The position numbers and the translations under genes are program-made. From Vicugna vicugna (lineage: Eukaryota): a stretch of 64,000 nt of DNA. The DNA is taken from NCBI GenBank assembly GCA_013265495.1, contig MU058423.1, positions 2,619,061-2,683,060 of the forward strand, given 5' to 3'. Shown in pieces: positions 27,385 through 41,106 of this stretch. The notes below the pieces were generated by a model that was not told the origin of the DNA, did not search any database, and worked only from the letters and a program-made list of their open reading frames with translations. Position 1 is the first letter of the stretch. The number at the start of each line of letters is the position of its first letter.

Positions 27385-27717
27385 GAAAAGAGGAAGACAA
27401 ATATCACGTGGTATCACCTATATGTGGAATCTTTAAAAAATGATACAAATGAGCTTATTTACAAAACAGAAACGGGACGCACAGACATGGAAAACAAACA
27501 TGGTTACCAAAGGGGAAGGAGGGGAGGGATAATTAGGAATTTGGTATTAAGAGATACATACTACTATATATAAAACAGATAAACAAGGACCTACTGTAGA
27601 GCACAGGCAACTATATTCAATATCTTGTAACAACCTATAATGGAAAAGAACCTGGAAAAAAATACATATATAATATATATATATATGTGTGTGTATAACC
27701 GAACCACTTTGCTGCAC
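27385..27717 (+). mobile_element. LINE-1 3' UTR fragment (artiodactyl-type) within an old LTR-like remnant
   Basis: GACAAATATCAC...TATATGTGGAATC...CAAAACAGAAAC...CTATATTCAATATCTTGTAA, homologous to 58700-59030. Confidence 0.8.
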
Positions 27718-30700
27718 TCTCTCCAACTCTATGAGCTAGTCTGAATGAGTTTTCTGTTCCCTGTGACCAAACACAAAAACCAAAAAAAAAACCAAAAACA
27801 AAAAAACTTTGAATGGAACTAGCTTCAAGTTAATTAGAATCAATTTCCCCCTTTTTCAGCCTTTAAAACTTTTTAAACACTGAATACAATAGGGCTACTT
27901 GTGTAACATAACAAACATCTGTGTACCTATTTCCCAGCATAAAAAATGAAACATTACCAGTTATTTCTGAAGTCATCTATGTGTCCCTCCCTGATAGCAA
28001 TTACTTTTTCATTAAATATTTCTAGAAGGTAAATATGCAGTGAGGGAAGGGGTGATATAAAAAAAGCCCTAACACCAAAATATGTCCAGGTTACACAGTA
28101 GTGCATGGTTTATTTAGTTTCACAACTTTCATCGACATGATCTTATCATTTTACAAGCCTTATAAATCATAAAGTAGAAAGCTAATAGCCATTTTAAGGC
28201 TCATAAATCACCTAAAGAAGATGTTGGTTTGATTAAGGGGGGAAAAAAGAGGCAGCTCACTTAGCCAAGAAGCTCTCTTCAAAATCTTTTCACTTTGAGA
28301 ATATGAACAAGGTAACTCAAGTGTTCCTAAGGATCATGTGTTCTCTTTAGGCAATCGGCCAATTAAGAGGGAGAAGTAGGGTTTCTTCTTCACTTTTGTG
28401 AAATATAAAAAGAACGCTTAAGGGATCAGTCATTTGCGAGCAAGAAGGGGGATTATCCTCTGGCTGCTGCAATGTTCTAATTTTGACCTCTGGTGAGTAA
28501 ATTTCCTTTTACTTCCTTGAAAGCTGAGCAACAAAAAGCCACTGTGATGCTAATGCCAAATTATATGGTATGCACATGTAACCTGACTGAAGACTATTTT
28601 TGCATAGGTGAGTTTCTAACTAGCTCTAATTTAAAATTTTCTTCTGAGACAGAAATGTAAAACACACATTTAACCCATACAAATAATGATTCATATATAG
28701 TGGAGATGTCCTACAAAATTACCTGTAAATTTAAATCCATTCATCAAAACCCAAATATCCCAAATTTTTACATCAAAAAATGTTAGAATCTCATCCCTAA
28801 GTCTCAAACACTGATGGCTGCATACAGCATTTTCTACATGCCTATTTAATTGAACATAAATTAGTACCAACTTTAAAAATTCACTAACAACAAACTATTA
28901 TAAATAGACTTGGTAACCAAAAGAGGGCCACAGCAGCAATATAGTAATGGAACAATGTATACAATAACATCTCAGCTAATCCTTAACAGTCTTAAATTTT
29001 AAGTATCTTCCCAGTCTAATTTAGAAATCAAAGGAAATTCAGGTCTAAAGATCATATCCTCTGAAAATTGTTTCTTGTAAGATCACCTACTCCATTAGCC
29101 AGGTACAGTCAAACAAATTTGGTCTTTTTGGTATCCTCTGCTTGGTTCTTATCAGATACATTCATTTCTGTTACCATTTAATAGCTAGACATGGGAAATA
29201 GTCTATTTCATTTACATATAGCACTGCATCAAAACTAGAACAATTAAACAGTGATCCTAACACAATGCTAATCAGTTCAAGCAACTTGAATTACAGAAAT
29301 GATACAGACGATTGCTAAGCAGGTAACAGGATAGCCTGGATAGATAAAGGCTTAAAGATAACTCTAACTTGCTCAACACCAATAAAGAATTATACTAAAA
29401 TAAAGACAATTAAAATTAGTGGGGAAATCAAATACTAGAACAATTTCTTTATATTCTCTTCAACACTTATTTACATTATGGGCACTTTATGAATTTGTCT
29501 TTCAGGCTTTTAACTTCAGTTTTAACTATCCTAAACAGCTTTATTATGTAAAACTACTTTTAATCAAACTCAAGAAAAAGAGAAATAATAAAATAGCCCT
29601 CTTTATAACTTGCTAAAATATTCCATCAGGTTGATAATATTACCTTCACAGACAGGGACCCCAGAGATCGGGCCTCATTGCACAGAAAAAGGAATGTGAA
29701 GCTCAGAGATTAGGACTGCTCCTCCTGTATTCAGTCTCTGCTCTTTGCCCTACATTATGTGGTATCTCCTATTTCTGAACTGAGTTATTAGTTCAAATAT
29801 ATGGATTTTCATGGTGCTAGTCTACTGTATTCTGTTAACAATTTTTGGTCAAAACAAATTTTAAAATAAACCAGTAATCTGAACAAACTTAGTGTCCACT
29901 GCTCTAGACATTTCTTATGAGACCCACATTTTAATTTTTTGGTCTTTACTGCTGATATTCTAGCTCCTGAATTCTTAAATTATCTCTTCTTCCCCATTTC
30001 CCACGACAAGCCCCACCACCCCCAATAAAACTAAACTAACTAAACATAAGGAGAAGACAGAGCATGGGTAACTAAAATCTGTGAGCAATCTCTTTGCCAA
30101 ATGTTTTTAACTACTCCTTAACAAAAATCTCTAATCAAGGTTACTAACAAGGAGCAAAATTATCCACTTTACCTCTTCCCTTAGCTTTGGACAATTTTCT
30201 GGTGCTCATAAAAATAGTAGGGGGGAAAATTAGCGAGAAAAAAGCAGCAATGATGAAGCATAGACCCTGAACTGATTATATGCATTTAATAAAATTAATT
30301 CCTGAATTAAAATGAAAGGTAATTAAATGCAGGTGACATTAACTATTCTGAGTTGGTTGTGTTGATAATGGGAGTTTAAAATCCTGCACCCTATCTCAAG
30401 TTGAATTTAATTACATCTCCCAATCATATAAAATGACAATACTGAGAATTAGCAGGCATGCTCTTGTGACTTAAAGAAAAACTAAAGCAATGATATGTTT
30501 AGTTCCTCAATATTTCCATCTCATTCCATTAAGCTCAACTTATATTTAATGAGTGTCTACTAGGTGGTAGCCACTGTCATTTATTAATCATTAACTCTCT
30601 AGCCATGCCTTTTTAATAGCGAATTTGACCCACTCAGTCCCTGAAGGGACCAGCCTTATCACACTCATGATACCCCATCAACTCTGCCATATTCCGATCA

Positions 30701-31949
30701 CAGCTGACTAGATTGTGGTGGGCAGCTGAAAAAGATAAGCTAATATGATATTCTTTCCCAGGAACTTGGAATGGGAATCCTGGGAACTTGAGTCAGATGA
30801 CATGAATTACCTGAACTATAAGGTTAGGCAGTGTGTAAGCCAGAGAAGATGCCAAAGTAAGCCAAAGCTGAAGACTGGGGGAGAGGGAGTAGGAGCAAAA
30901 AATTAAGCAAAGAAAGCTGATCTGAAGAGGTGACTTACCAACAAAGCAGAGCAAGTGACCATTCTACTCTAGGGAAATGGGGGAAGGGAGCATGTATCAC
31001 AATCCATGTGCATGCAACCTGGTTGTTATTTCATTTCTTATCTATCCTTGGATGTCTGACGCCTATGAAGTTGCCTACTGTGTCCTTTCACTAAAACTCT
31101 CCTTGACTGGAACAAGTATGAATGAATTTCTATTCTTTACAGGCAAAACAACTTAGTATTATATTAGGTGCTGCACAGAAGATATAAAGATGAGAAATGC
31201 CTAGCTCTCTGGGCCCTCAGGGACCATACAGTTAGGATCAACTAAGTATACAAATAACCATAATATAAAGGCAGACTGTAAGAAGCATAAAAATTATTAT
31301 GAAGTTTTAAAGAGGGACAGATCATACCCAATTCAGAACATCAAAAGGTTTCATGGAGGAAACAGAACTAAAATAGTAATCATAATAGATGAAGTTTTGG
31401 AATTTTTAAGATGTATTTATTAAGAAAAATAAAATGTAGGAATCCTCAGTCAACAATGAAAAAAATTAACTTTACTGGTCCACGAAATCCACAAATCTGG
31501 TAACAACTGAGTCATAGAACTTGGCAATTGACTGGTTATAAGGATGAGAGCAAGCAAGAACTTTAAAAAATGGGTTCAGTTTTCAGCAAGGATGATTTTT
31601 GAAAATGGCAATGCTGGAACAGAAAAGTTCACAACAGGTGGTTTTAGGAGAAAGAAGAGAGGAGGCAAGTTCTGTACTGGATATATTGACTTGAGGTAAG
31701 TGGAAGTGAGTAGTTCATTAATTCACTGGGGGAAATGGAGAAAGAGGAGCTATCTCAAGTACAGAAAACAGATTTCTCAAAAATTCCAAGCAAAAAACTG
31801 TCCTCTAAAAGAGGAAATAAAAGATTTTTCACAATGTCTAGGGTTTTTTTTCTTTTGCATTTTGAACATTCAATTTTTGACCAGCAACTGATTTTCCTGG
31901 TCCAAAGATGAGGAACTTTAGGGAGATAAGGCAGTATCATGGAAGAACT

Positions 31950-32065
31950 TGAAAAATATGGCTCCCCAGAAAAAAATGCATATAATCACAAATTTTGCTA
32001 ACAATTTTAGAAAGTTCCTGTATTTTCTGAAGCCCTAAGGGGTACACACACCCCAGATTTAAAAA
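31950..32065. mobile_element. hAT-Charlie remnant (MER103-like)
   Basis: CACAAATTTTGCTAACAATTTTAG...CTGAAGCCC...CCCCAG resembles the remembered MER103 terminus. Confidence 0.5.
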
Positions 32066-33944
32066 AAAAAAAAGCATGCTGTGAAAGAAACTGTTAAAGA
32101 AGAGAGCTGGGGTAAGGGGGAAATATCTGCAGAGACTCATTCACTCCCTTTTTCTTTCCAAGAAACCAGAGGATGAAGCAGCTCAGCACCATGGGGAAGG
32201 GACAGAGTAAAGAGCACACTGCTTCAGGCTTTACCAACCTTCTCTAAAAGAGGAACTGCTTTTGTCAAAGACAAGTACCCCAAAACTAAGACTTTTCTGC
32301 AGTAGTACAAATAAGTTTAAAGTGCTAAAAATTATTTTTAAAGAAACATAGTTGCTGCCTGATTAAAAAGTCACATGCTCTTTCAAATCTATTAAGTACT
32401 GAGCAGTCAACTCTATGGTCATCACATTACTACAGAATTAGCATACTCAGGCAAGATTACAATATAATGATCCTGAAAAGAATATCACACTTTCAGACTG
32501 CAGAAGTGAGGAATATAAATAAATAAAAGACACAAAGAATAATAAGTACTTATAAGAAACAAAAGCTATTTCTGCAATATGAATTTCTATTTTTTATGCC
32601 AGTTTCTTTTGCCTAGGCACAAGATGCATCCTTACAAGAAATCTAATAACTATCTATGAATCTTATGCCAAATAAATGGCAAACATTATTAAAGAACAGC
32701 ATCCTATGAAGTATAATGTAATAGTATATTTATCAAAGGGCAGTCTGATTTTCAATAACAGGCATATTCAGGCAGTAATATGCAGATATTTAAATATAAA
32801 TTATCAGTTATAAAATATAGGGCTTAAGTGAATTATATGGTTCCAGTTCTTCGCAAGCAACTTAATTTTGCCATACCACTACCAGCAAATCCTAAAGAAC
32901 AAAGCATTAATCTCATTTTGTATAACAGTGTTTTCTCAAGATCTGCTAGGGGAACTATCAAGAAATGGAGAACTAGACAAAGCACAGGACTAGATAATAA
33001 CTTATAAAACTAAATTATAATGTTTAATTCCTTTTACCACGAGTGGTATTAAAGTTCTCTGATGATCTTTGAAAAGGGTACATTAATATCTGAAAACAAT
33101 CAAGTATCTGCCTAAAAAACCTTGAAAAAAAAAAGCTAAAATTGTAATTGTATGATGTTCTACAAACATCATAATAAAAGTCATCATTTACTGAATACTT
33201 ATCTACTAATTATTTTACATGTTATCTCACTTCATATTTTGAAATAGGCATCACATCCCCACTTTTTATATGTGAAAATTAATATTCATATGGTTAAGTT
33301 ACATGCTCTGGGTCTCACAGCTAGTAAATGGAGGTGGGAATTGAACTTAGTTTTACGTGACTCCAAAAGCAGTGCTCTTATCTATTATACCAATGTCTCT
33401 CAACTTTTATAATATCATGTCACACACTGAAAATGATAATACTTATAAGGCTTACTGAAGTAAGCTGGAGGGACTTGGTGAATATATATTTTTATGACAT
33501 GAAAAATAAAATACAAAATATTACAAGTGATTTAAATACTAATCGGTATAAACCTTCCAAGCCAAATATTTTCAATTGCCAAATTCAGAAAGTTTACTGA
33601 TGCAAGCATACCAAAACGTTCAAGTATCATTTCAACTGCTGTAAAATTTTAAGAAGTTATAAAAATGATTTAAAATTTCAAAACCATAAAAAACTTGCAA
33701 ACAGAATACTTGTATACCTTCTTATGTACAGCACTCTAGTTAGGAAGCCCTGCATAATATACTTTTGTCTTTCTATAGAATGTTATGATTAAACACTAAT
33801 TTGGTATATCAAGAGCTTCTCAATAACTCATCTAAAAGAAATTTAAACCAAAGGTAACCAAAGAATTATAATACAGTATTCTTCCATAACTAATCTGAAT
33901 TTCTATAGTACCTTTAATCTGTAACATTGATTTTGATATATTAA

Positions 33945-34185
33945 TAATAATAGCTAATATTCATTACACTAATACTTTGTGCCAGGCTGTGTTCTACTTC
34001 ACATTATTATCATATTCAATCCTCACACCACTTCTAAGAAGTACCTCTATTTTCTCCACTTTAAAGATGAGGAAACTGAGGCAGAGGGAAATTGAGTAAA
34101 TAACTTTACCAAGCTTATAGCTGATAAATGGAAATTAGAATTTGAAACAGTCTGACTTCAGAGCTAATGTTGTTAAATCACTAAG
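33945..34185. mobile_element. MIR SINE (another copy at ~33180-33395)
   Basis: Core CACTTTAAAGATGAGGAAACTGAGGCAGAG. Confidence 0.8.
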
Positions 34186-36379
34186 CTAAACCACATCCTT
34201 GCAAGGAAGGAAATAGTGTAATATTAAATGAGTAACTATTATGTGCTAGGAGAGACAAGAGTAAGTAAACAGATCTCAACTTGAGTAAATTTGATAGTTC
34301 TGCAGTGATGAAGTAAAAATGACTTGCGTGTACATCAAAGGAGGTATTCTACAGTAAAAAGAAAATTATTTGTTTGATGTGATAGGTGCATTCTGGTTAC
34401 AGAAACAGCAGGGAAGGTAACTTTAATTTCATGTGTGTTATGATATGGTTTAACCAAGAGCGTCTGTCTCTGCAACCTATTTGAATTTGTTAATTTAACT
34501 TGTTCAAGAATAGTGAAAAAAATCTTACTTACAACAAAACTGATAAAAATTAAAAGCAAATGTTTCTGTACTTTTTTACCTACTGCTTTTGAAGTTCCCT
34601 AAGTGACCACGTGTTTAATTTTGTTTTTAATTAAATGCAATAAAGTTTTTTTAAATAAAGATTTTTCTAGACATTTGGACAAGTTCGTTTGCCTAAGTTC
34701 TGCCTGCCAAACCCCGCCATTTGGAAGAAAGCCTCACAGTGTATGACTATACCACAATAGGCTAACTAATGTCCTGAGGGGATCTCTGATGGTGAACGTA
34801 AATCAAAACAATCACAGAAGATGAAAATACACCTTTACTTTCATAACCAATAGATCAACAGAGATAATGCTAATGCCTTGAGTATTATGGTTTATATCGA
34901 ACATCTGAAAGACCCCCAAGGAGCAAAGTTCAACACCAGCTAGTTCATGCTGGTTAATAGCATATATTTAAGAAGCACCTACTATCTGCTAGTGATCATG
35001 CTCATTCACAAATGACAGCTATTACACAGAGAGAGGCAGTCTGGAACTTCAATTTGAATTCATACATTCTCTAAGATCAGGTATTTAAACTGAAAGCTCA
35101 AGCTCCAAAGCATAACTTTCTCCCTTTATCCAGAAAGCTGTTACCAGGGCTTCTGCAATCTACAAATCATCAAACATGTTAACATTAAGAGACTAGCATG
35201 GGCCCTGAGACCATCCTGGACTACAAAATAAACCTCGGGTTATGGTGGTGCATTCTGTTCTCTGGAGCTTTACACCATAAAAATTTGGCACTTCTCCTAA
35301 AGCAACTTCTTTTTCTCAAAAATCAATTGTTTTAAAAAGTAAAGTTCTACTGTTTACAGAAACCATTACTCTTACTTATTCTTCCCTAACAGATCCCTAG
35401 AAAATACTAATAGTGAAGAAATGAGGCTTGATTTATTTGTAAGCTGATGCCAGGGTATTTTACATGGTTTACTGAGCCTCTAAAAACCAGTCTCTCAAAA
35501 ATTCTAAAACTAATCATGCTGAGTAAAATGCATCTGACTGTACATAAAAGCTACTTAAAAATGAATGTCAAGTAAAATAAACAGCAATTCCTGAAGCCAA
35601 TATTTTTAGTTTGAAGAAATGAAAAAACATAAAACAACTTACCAGAAGCCTGTCATTGTCACACCTTTTATAGCAAATATGTCCAATTCCATAATTTATC
35701 CTAAGATAACTGCATTCCCACTGCACATCATCCCCAGCAACCTCCAGCAACTCCCACTGTGTAAATCTACTGTCCATTACATCTTATGCCACAAACCTCA
35801 AACAAGCCAATCCTTGTATTTCCTCAGCTCATACCACCTCCTCCTTATAAAAACAAGGGAAGAAGTTATAAAACCTTAAGAGAATAAAAATAATAGAAGA
35901 CTGGATAAGTACACACAGGCTCTGCACCCAAGCTCTTTTCCTTTATACCTGAGACCCTGTCATTTATCTCGACCACATACCTTCGTGTTCCTGGATAACT
36001 CAGGGTTCCTCCGCCTTACCGACAGTTCAAAATGCCCATTCTCCAATAAACGACAGGGTTCTAAGTGACCGCTCTGTCCCAGCCCCTCTCTATTTATATT
36101 AATCATTCAAGCTTCCCAGCTCTATTCTGTCATAAAGTTATCACCACGCTCCAAACTCACAAACTATTATACAATCTCAATACCAACTCACTCCAACCCC
36201 TCCCGTGCAAAACCTTCCTTAATATCAGCTCATCCTTTATGAGCTCTTCCCATGTTCCTAACAGTCTCAACGTCCTACTGGACCACACTCTCAATCTCTC
36301 TTCGTTAATCGCAATTCCAGCATGGAGTCACACCCTCTCTCCAGCCTAATTCTTACAAACCCAAAACCCCACCCCTCAT

Positions 36380-37000
<621 letters not shown>

Positions 37001-37904
37001 TATTTGGATAAATGTAGAAAAACCAGCGACTTTGTTTCTCCGATTCATGGCACCCTCCCGTATACAGCCAGCTTTAGTTGGAGGTAGGAAGTGGGGATTC
37101 TCAAATAAAAGCCCACAGCCTGCTCCGGGGTTTCTGCTGGGAGTTTCTCCCTGACCAGTAAAGCTCCTTTGATCTCTGGCTATGGACACCCGGAGCCCTT
37201 GCCCAAGTGTAGGACACTTTCTTTGCCGGGGTAGTCTCAGCCAGATCTATGGAATGACAATTACGGAGCCTGGGCCCCGGCCACCCTCCACATTTGAGAT
37301 AGTTGAAGACCGAAGACCATGCCTACGTCTTTATCGATCTCTTTCTGCCCTTTCCTCTGTCCTACCGCCTCCTGCTCTCAATAGGTACCTTGTGTGCTTG
37401 AGAGCTGCCCAGCCCCTACGTTGGCAAAAGGCCACTTGAAGTCGCTAACAGATCCTGTATTACCTGAAAGGTAAGCATGTAATCCCTCCATAAAATTTCC
37501 ATGCTCCCTTTCTCCAACACAAGCCAGTTTTAGTGCTCACAGATCGTCCTGCTTCAGGGGCTTAGGACTTACACCAAGAACAGCCAACCAAGGTCCCACA
37601 CCCCAAAACAAAGCAGTGCATCCCGTGAATCTCCTTCTAAAATTTCTTGTTGCAGTATCACACGAAAAGGGAAGTTCTAGTAAAATTTGCCTTTCAGCTA
37701 TAGCAGTGCCTGAAAGTTGACATACCCTCTGAAAGCCTCAGACTGATAGCCTTTTTCACTCTGAAGCCTAGATACTAGGGTGAAGGTGGCCCTAAATTAT
37801 CTCTACTTCCATATAGCCCCACAGATACTCTCACCATATAGTCTAGGGAGGGGAACTCTTGTAGCCCCCAAAACCTTTCCCTGTGATTAAAAATTATTTT
37901 CCTA

Positions 37905-38058
37905 GCAGGGAGGGTATAGTTCAAGTGGTAAGTGCATGCTTAGCATGCATAAGGTCCTGGGTTCAATCCCCAGTACCTCTAAAAAGAAAGAAACCTAGTC
38001 TCCCCCCCCAACAAGATAAAAATAATTAAGTAGTACAATAATAAATAAAAATATTTTT
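37905..38058 (+). mobile_element. tRNA-derived SINE (camelid Vic-1-like), upstream of the GNAI3 promoter
   Basis: GGGAGGGTATAGTTCAAGTGGTA...GGTCCTGGGTTCAATCCCCAGTACCTC, then A-rich/AAACCT/C-run tail; 15-bp TSD AAAATTATTTTCCTA at 37890-37904 and 38059-38073. Confidence 0.88.
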
Positions 38059-38309
38059 AAAATTATTTTCCTAATAGAATCTAAACCTTAGAATATAAGG
38101 TCTGATCAGAAAGCTCTATATGATGATTGATGGTCATTAGAGGGATTTCTTGAGAGCCACCTTAAACAGACTTGTCCAACAAAACTTACAATTCCAGTTC
38201 TTCAAAGTTCAAAGTCTCCTACTCTTTCTCAAGTGACTGTTAGAATAAAAGAGACTGCTTTCCCATAGTCAATACTTATGGGGAAAAAGGGCAAGAGGAA
38301 AGGGAAGAA

Positions 38310-38520
38310 AAACCAATATTTATTGAGTACCTATTTGCCAGGCATGGCTAGGTGCTTCCAAGTGTCATCTCTTATTCCTCACAACAACCCTGTGAGGTAG
38401 GTAATGTTATCCCCATTTTTACAGATGAGGAAATAGGCTCAGAGAAATTAAGCATCTTTTCCAAGTTCACACAGTGAGTAAGAAGGTATAACTCCAAATT
38501 TACCCCTTTTCTACCATGCC
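38310..38520. mobile_element. MIR SINE
   Basis: CCTCACAACAACCCTGTGAGGTAGG...CCCATTTTTACAGATGAGGAAA. Confidence 0.85.
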
Positions 38521-39083
38521 ACTATAAGATGTTACCTGGGAGACCTGACAACAGAAGGTTTTCCTGTAGGACTGAGAGTTTCCCTAGCATCACAGGGTGC
38601 AGGAAAAAAATAACTTGAGAGCATGGTATTCTCAACCTGTTGATTTCTTTAGTGGTTGAGAGATCAAATTTTTATCCAGGAAAAACTTTCACAGCTAAAT
38701 TACATATGGAACTTTATCAAGAGACCTTGGTGACTAGAGAACTCCAGAAGGTGGTCATGACAGAAATTGTTGGGAAAGTTCTCAGCATAATAGAAGAGAA
38801 AATTTTATTTTCTTCATGATCAACTTAGGGTAAAATAAATGGTAAATGAATCAGCATGTGTCAAATTCTGTAATAAACGCCAGTGAGATCACAGTGTCAG
38901 GAAATTTCAGCCTGAATTAGCGATATCCTTGCACTTAAAATTTTCTTCTTTGATGTATGTGAAGGAAGGGTTGGAGGGCAAAGTCAAAGGAAAAGACAAA
39001 ATAAATTAACAAAATGGCTGCTAGGCAATTTTTAATGCCCCTCCCCCCTTACATACCTCTTTCCTATTTCCACTGGACTCACA

Positions 39084-39097
39084 CTGCCACCTGCTGG
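39084..39097 (-). promoter_or_regulatory. CTCF core motif CCAGCAGGTGGCAG
   Basis: Matches the consensus CCASYAGRKGGCRS at every position. Confidence 0.65.
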
Positions 39098-39688
39098 CAA
39101 TGCTTGCTCATCAGTGATTCTGTCTAGAAATGAGATTCCTCCCTTGTAAGTGTATCTTAAAAGGGAGGAGAGAAAGGGAGAGAACATGTTTTTCAATCAC
39201 AAAAGACTCTGCTCGATGTATATGCTATTTAAAGGATTTCCTCAGTGTAATAGGCACTGGACTAGAGGAAGTCCAGTCGTAGGAAGAAAGAAACCTGGAG
39301 ATTTTCCTAGATCTAAAGGAGGAAAGCTGCCCAGTTTCATTTAGTAAATTATTTTCTTCAACCAGAGTTTCATCGACAACCCGCACACCTTCCATTCTGC
39401 AGGAAGCCTCCATATAGGCATCTTGCTGCAATGGGCTGAACTCTAAGAAGTTAGAGCCATGAACATATTCTTCAATATATTTCTTAAACACATCCTATAG
39501 TACTTCACCAGATGTAAATGCTCTGTCAAAATACAAGGTACCTGATCAAATTAGACTATGAACTCCTGGAAGGCAGTGACTCCACATCCTCTGTGAGTCT
39601 CACAGAATAGAGTATTCAACTATTATGCACTGAATTGAACTAAAGGAGTCAATGTTGATATCAGCATAACTTTTTATAATAAAAATTA

Positions 39689-39694
39689 TTTATT
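39689..39694 (-). terminator. GPR61: Likely GPR61 polyadenylation signal (AATAAA), implying a ~1.4-kb 3' UTR
   Basis: TTTATT on the plus strand, where the repeat-free sequence below the stop gives way to repeat-like DNA. Other candidates at 40353 and 40868. Confidence 0.6.
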
Positions 39695-41106
39695 GGCTGT
39701 TCAAAGGGGAGACTATCCCACTCCCACCGGCCCATCATCCCCTTTGATGCTCAGTGAGCCCGGAATTTTTTCAAATACAGATCACACCACCGTCTGGTCC
39801 TGCCTCGACCCCTTTAATGTTACCTGATTGAATTGAGGGAAGTGGATGGACAGGTAGTCCCAGATGGGAATCCTGTCCAGTTTGCAGTTATTCCCTCTCC
39901 CTTGAATATACCCCCACCAGTAACAACCAACACAGTGCCTACAGTATCAATCAGTGAACAGTTGAGCCCAACTCCTCTGCCTCTCCAACCCCGGGCTACA
40001 GATAGGAGAGAGATTTAAGTCTTTGTCACTGAAGCTAATTTTGAGAGCGATGAATGGGAGTAGGGGAGGCATTTAATGGACCATGGAAACCCCACCTTTC
40101 CAGTTCCCAACCTTAGTCTCTTGTACCCGATTGTCCAGGGGACTGGCGATGGGTCACTGCCATGAGGAGAGAGATCAGGGAGGGCAGTTCTGGAAAAAAA
40201 AGATTTACAGTATTATTGGTCAGGGTGATTACGGCCCTGTCTGTATCCAACCACCTTACCAATTCAAATGCTAACTCCCACCTTCAGCCATCCAACCCCC
40301 AATCTTTCTCTACTTCTTTATCCTAAAAGACAAGGAGAAAGAGCCATCCTGCTTTATTCTTGCCTCTGCTAAGATTAAGCCCCAAACTTGATCTCCCATG
40401 TGCAAGAGAGGTGGAAAAATAGAACAGAAGGGCTGTTCCTGGAAAGTAGAAGAGAGCTGCAGTCAGCTTTCCTACCTTCTACTCTGTGTGCCCTGAATGC
40501 TAGTTCCCCTTGCTTCTGGCCAAACTGAAGAAAGGAATATTCCCAGCTAGTCCTCTCGCTTTAAGGAAATCTCAGGTCTAAAACTAGAAAAAGATACATT
40601 AATTCAAATGGAAACACTTGGCTATAATTTAGTTCTGTTTAAACCTAGCAAGGAAATGATAAGATGGGTCATTTTCTTACCTTGCTTAGGTGCAGTTTCT
40701 GCCTTGGACAATTACACTGAAAAATGAAATATCCTAAGGGGTCCCCAGAATAACTCCAAGCCTGGCCTGCTGCCCTGTATCTTCCAACTCCTACCCTTAG
40801 AGTTTCCCTGTTTTCTGAGGCACGGAAAGTTCACTGGTTGAAAGGCATCATCTCACCTTCACGACCTTTTATTCTCGTCACCATCTCACCAGGTTCCCTC
40901 CCCAGTAGTCAAGGTTCAAAGCTGTGTCCAAGGCTTTTGCCACACATACATCCTGCTGGCTCTGCTCCTGACCCAGAAAACACTAAGCAAAAGCTGTGTG
41001 CAGAGACTCCAGCCCCAGCTAGCTGGGAAAAGGTGGTCCCACAAGGAGTTCCTTGCAGTCATAACCAGCCCCCAGCCTCATCTCCCTCCAAGTGTCCATC
41101 AGCCCA

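Noticed and set aside
32182..32200. Partial REST/RE1-like motif TCAGCACCATGG (other half-sites near 45190 and 57041)
   Set aside because: Only half of the 21-bp consensus matches.
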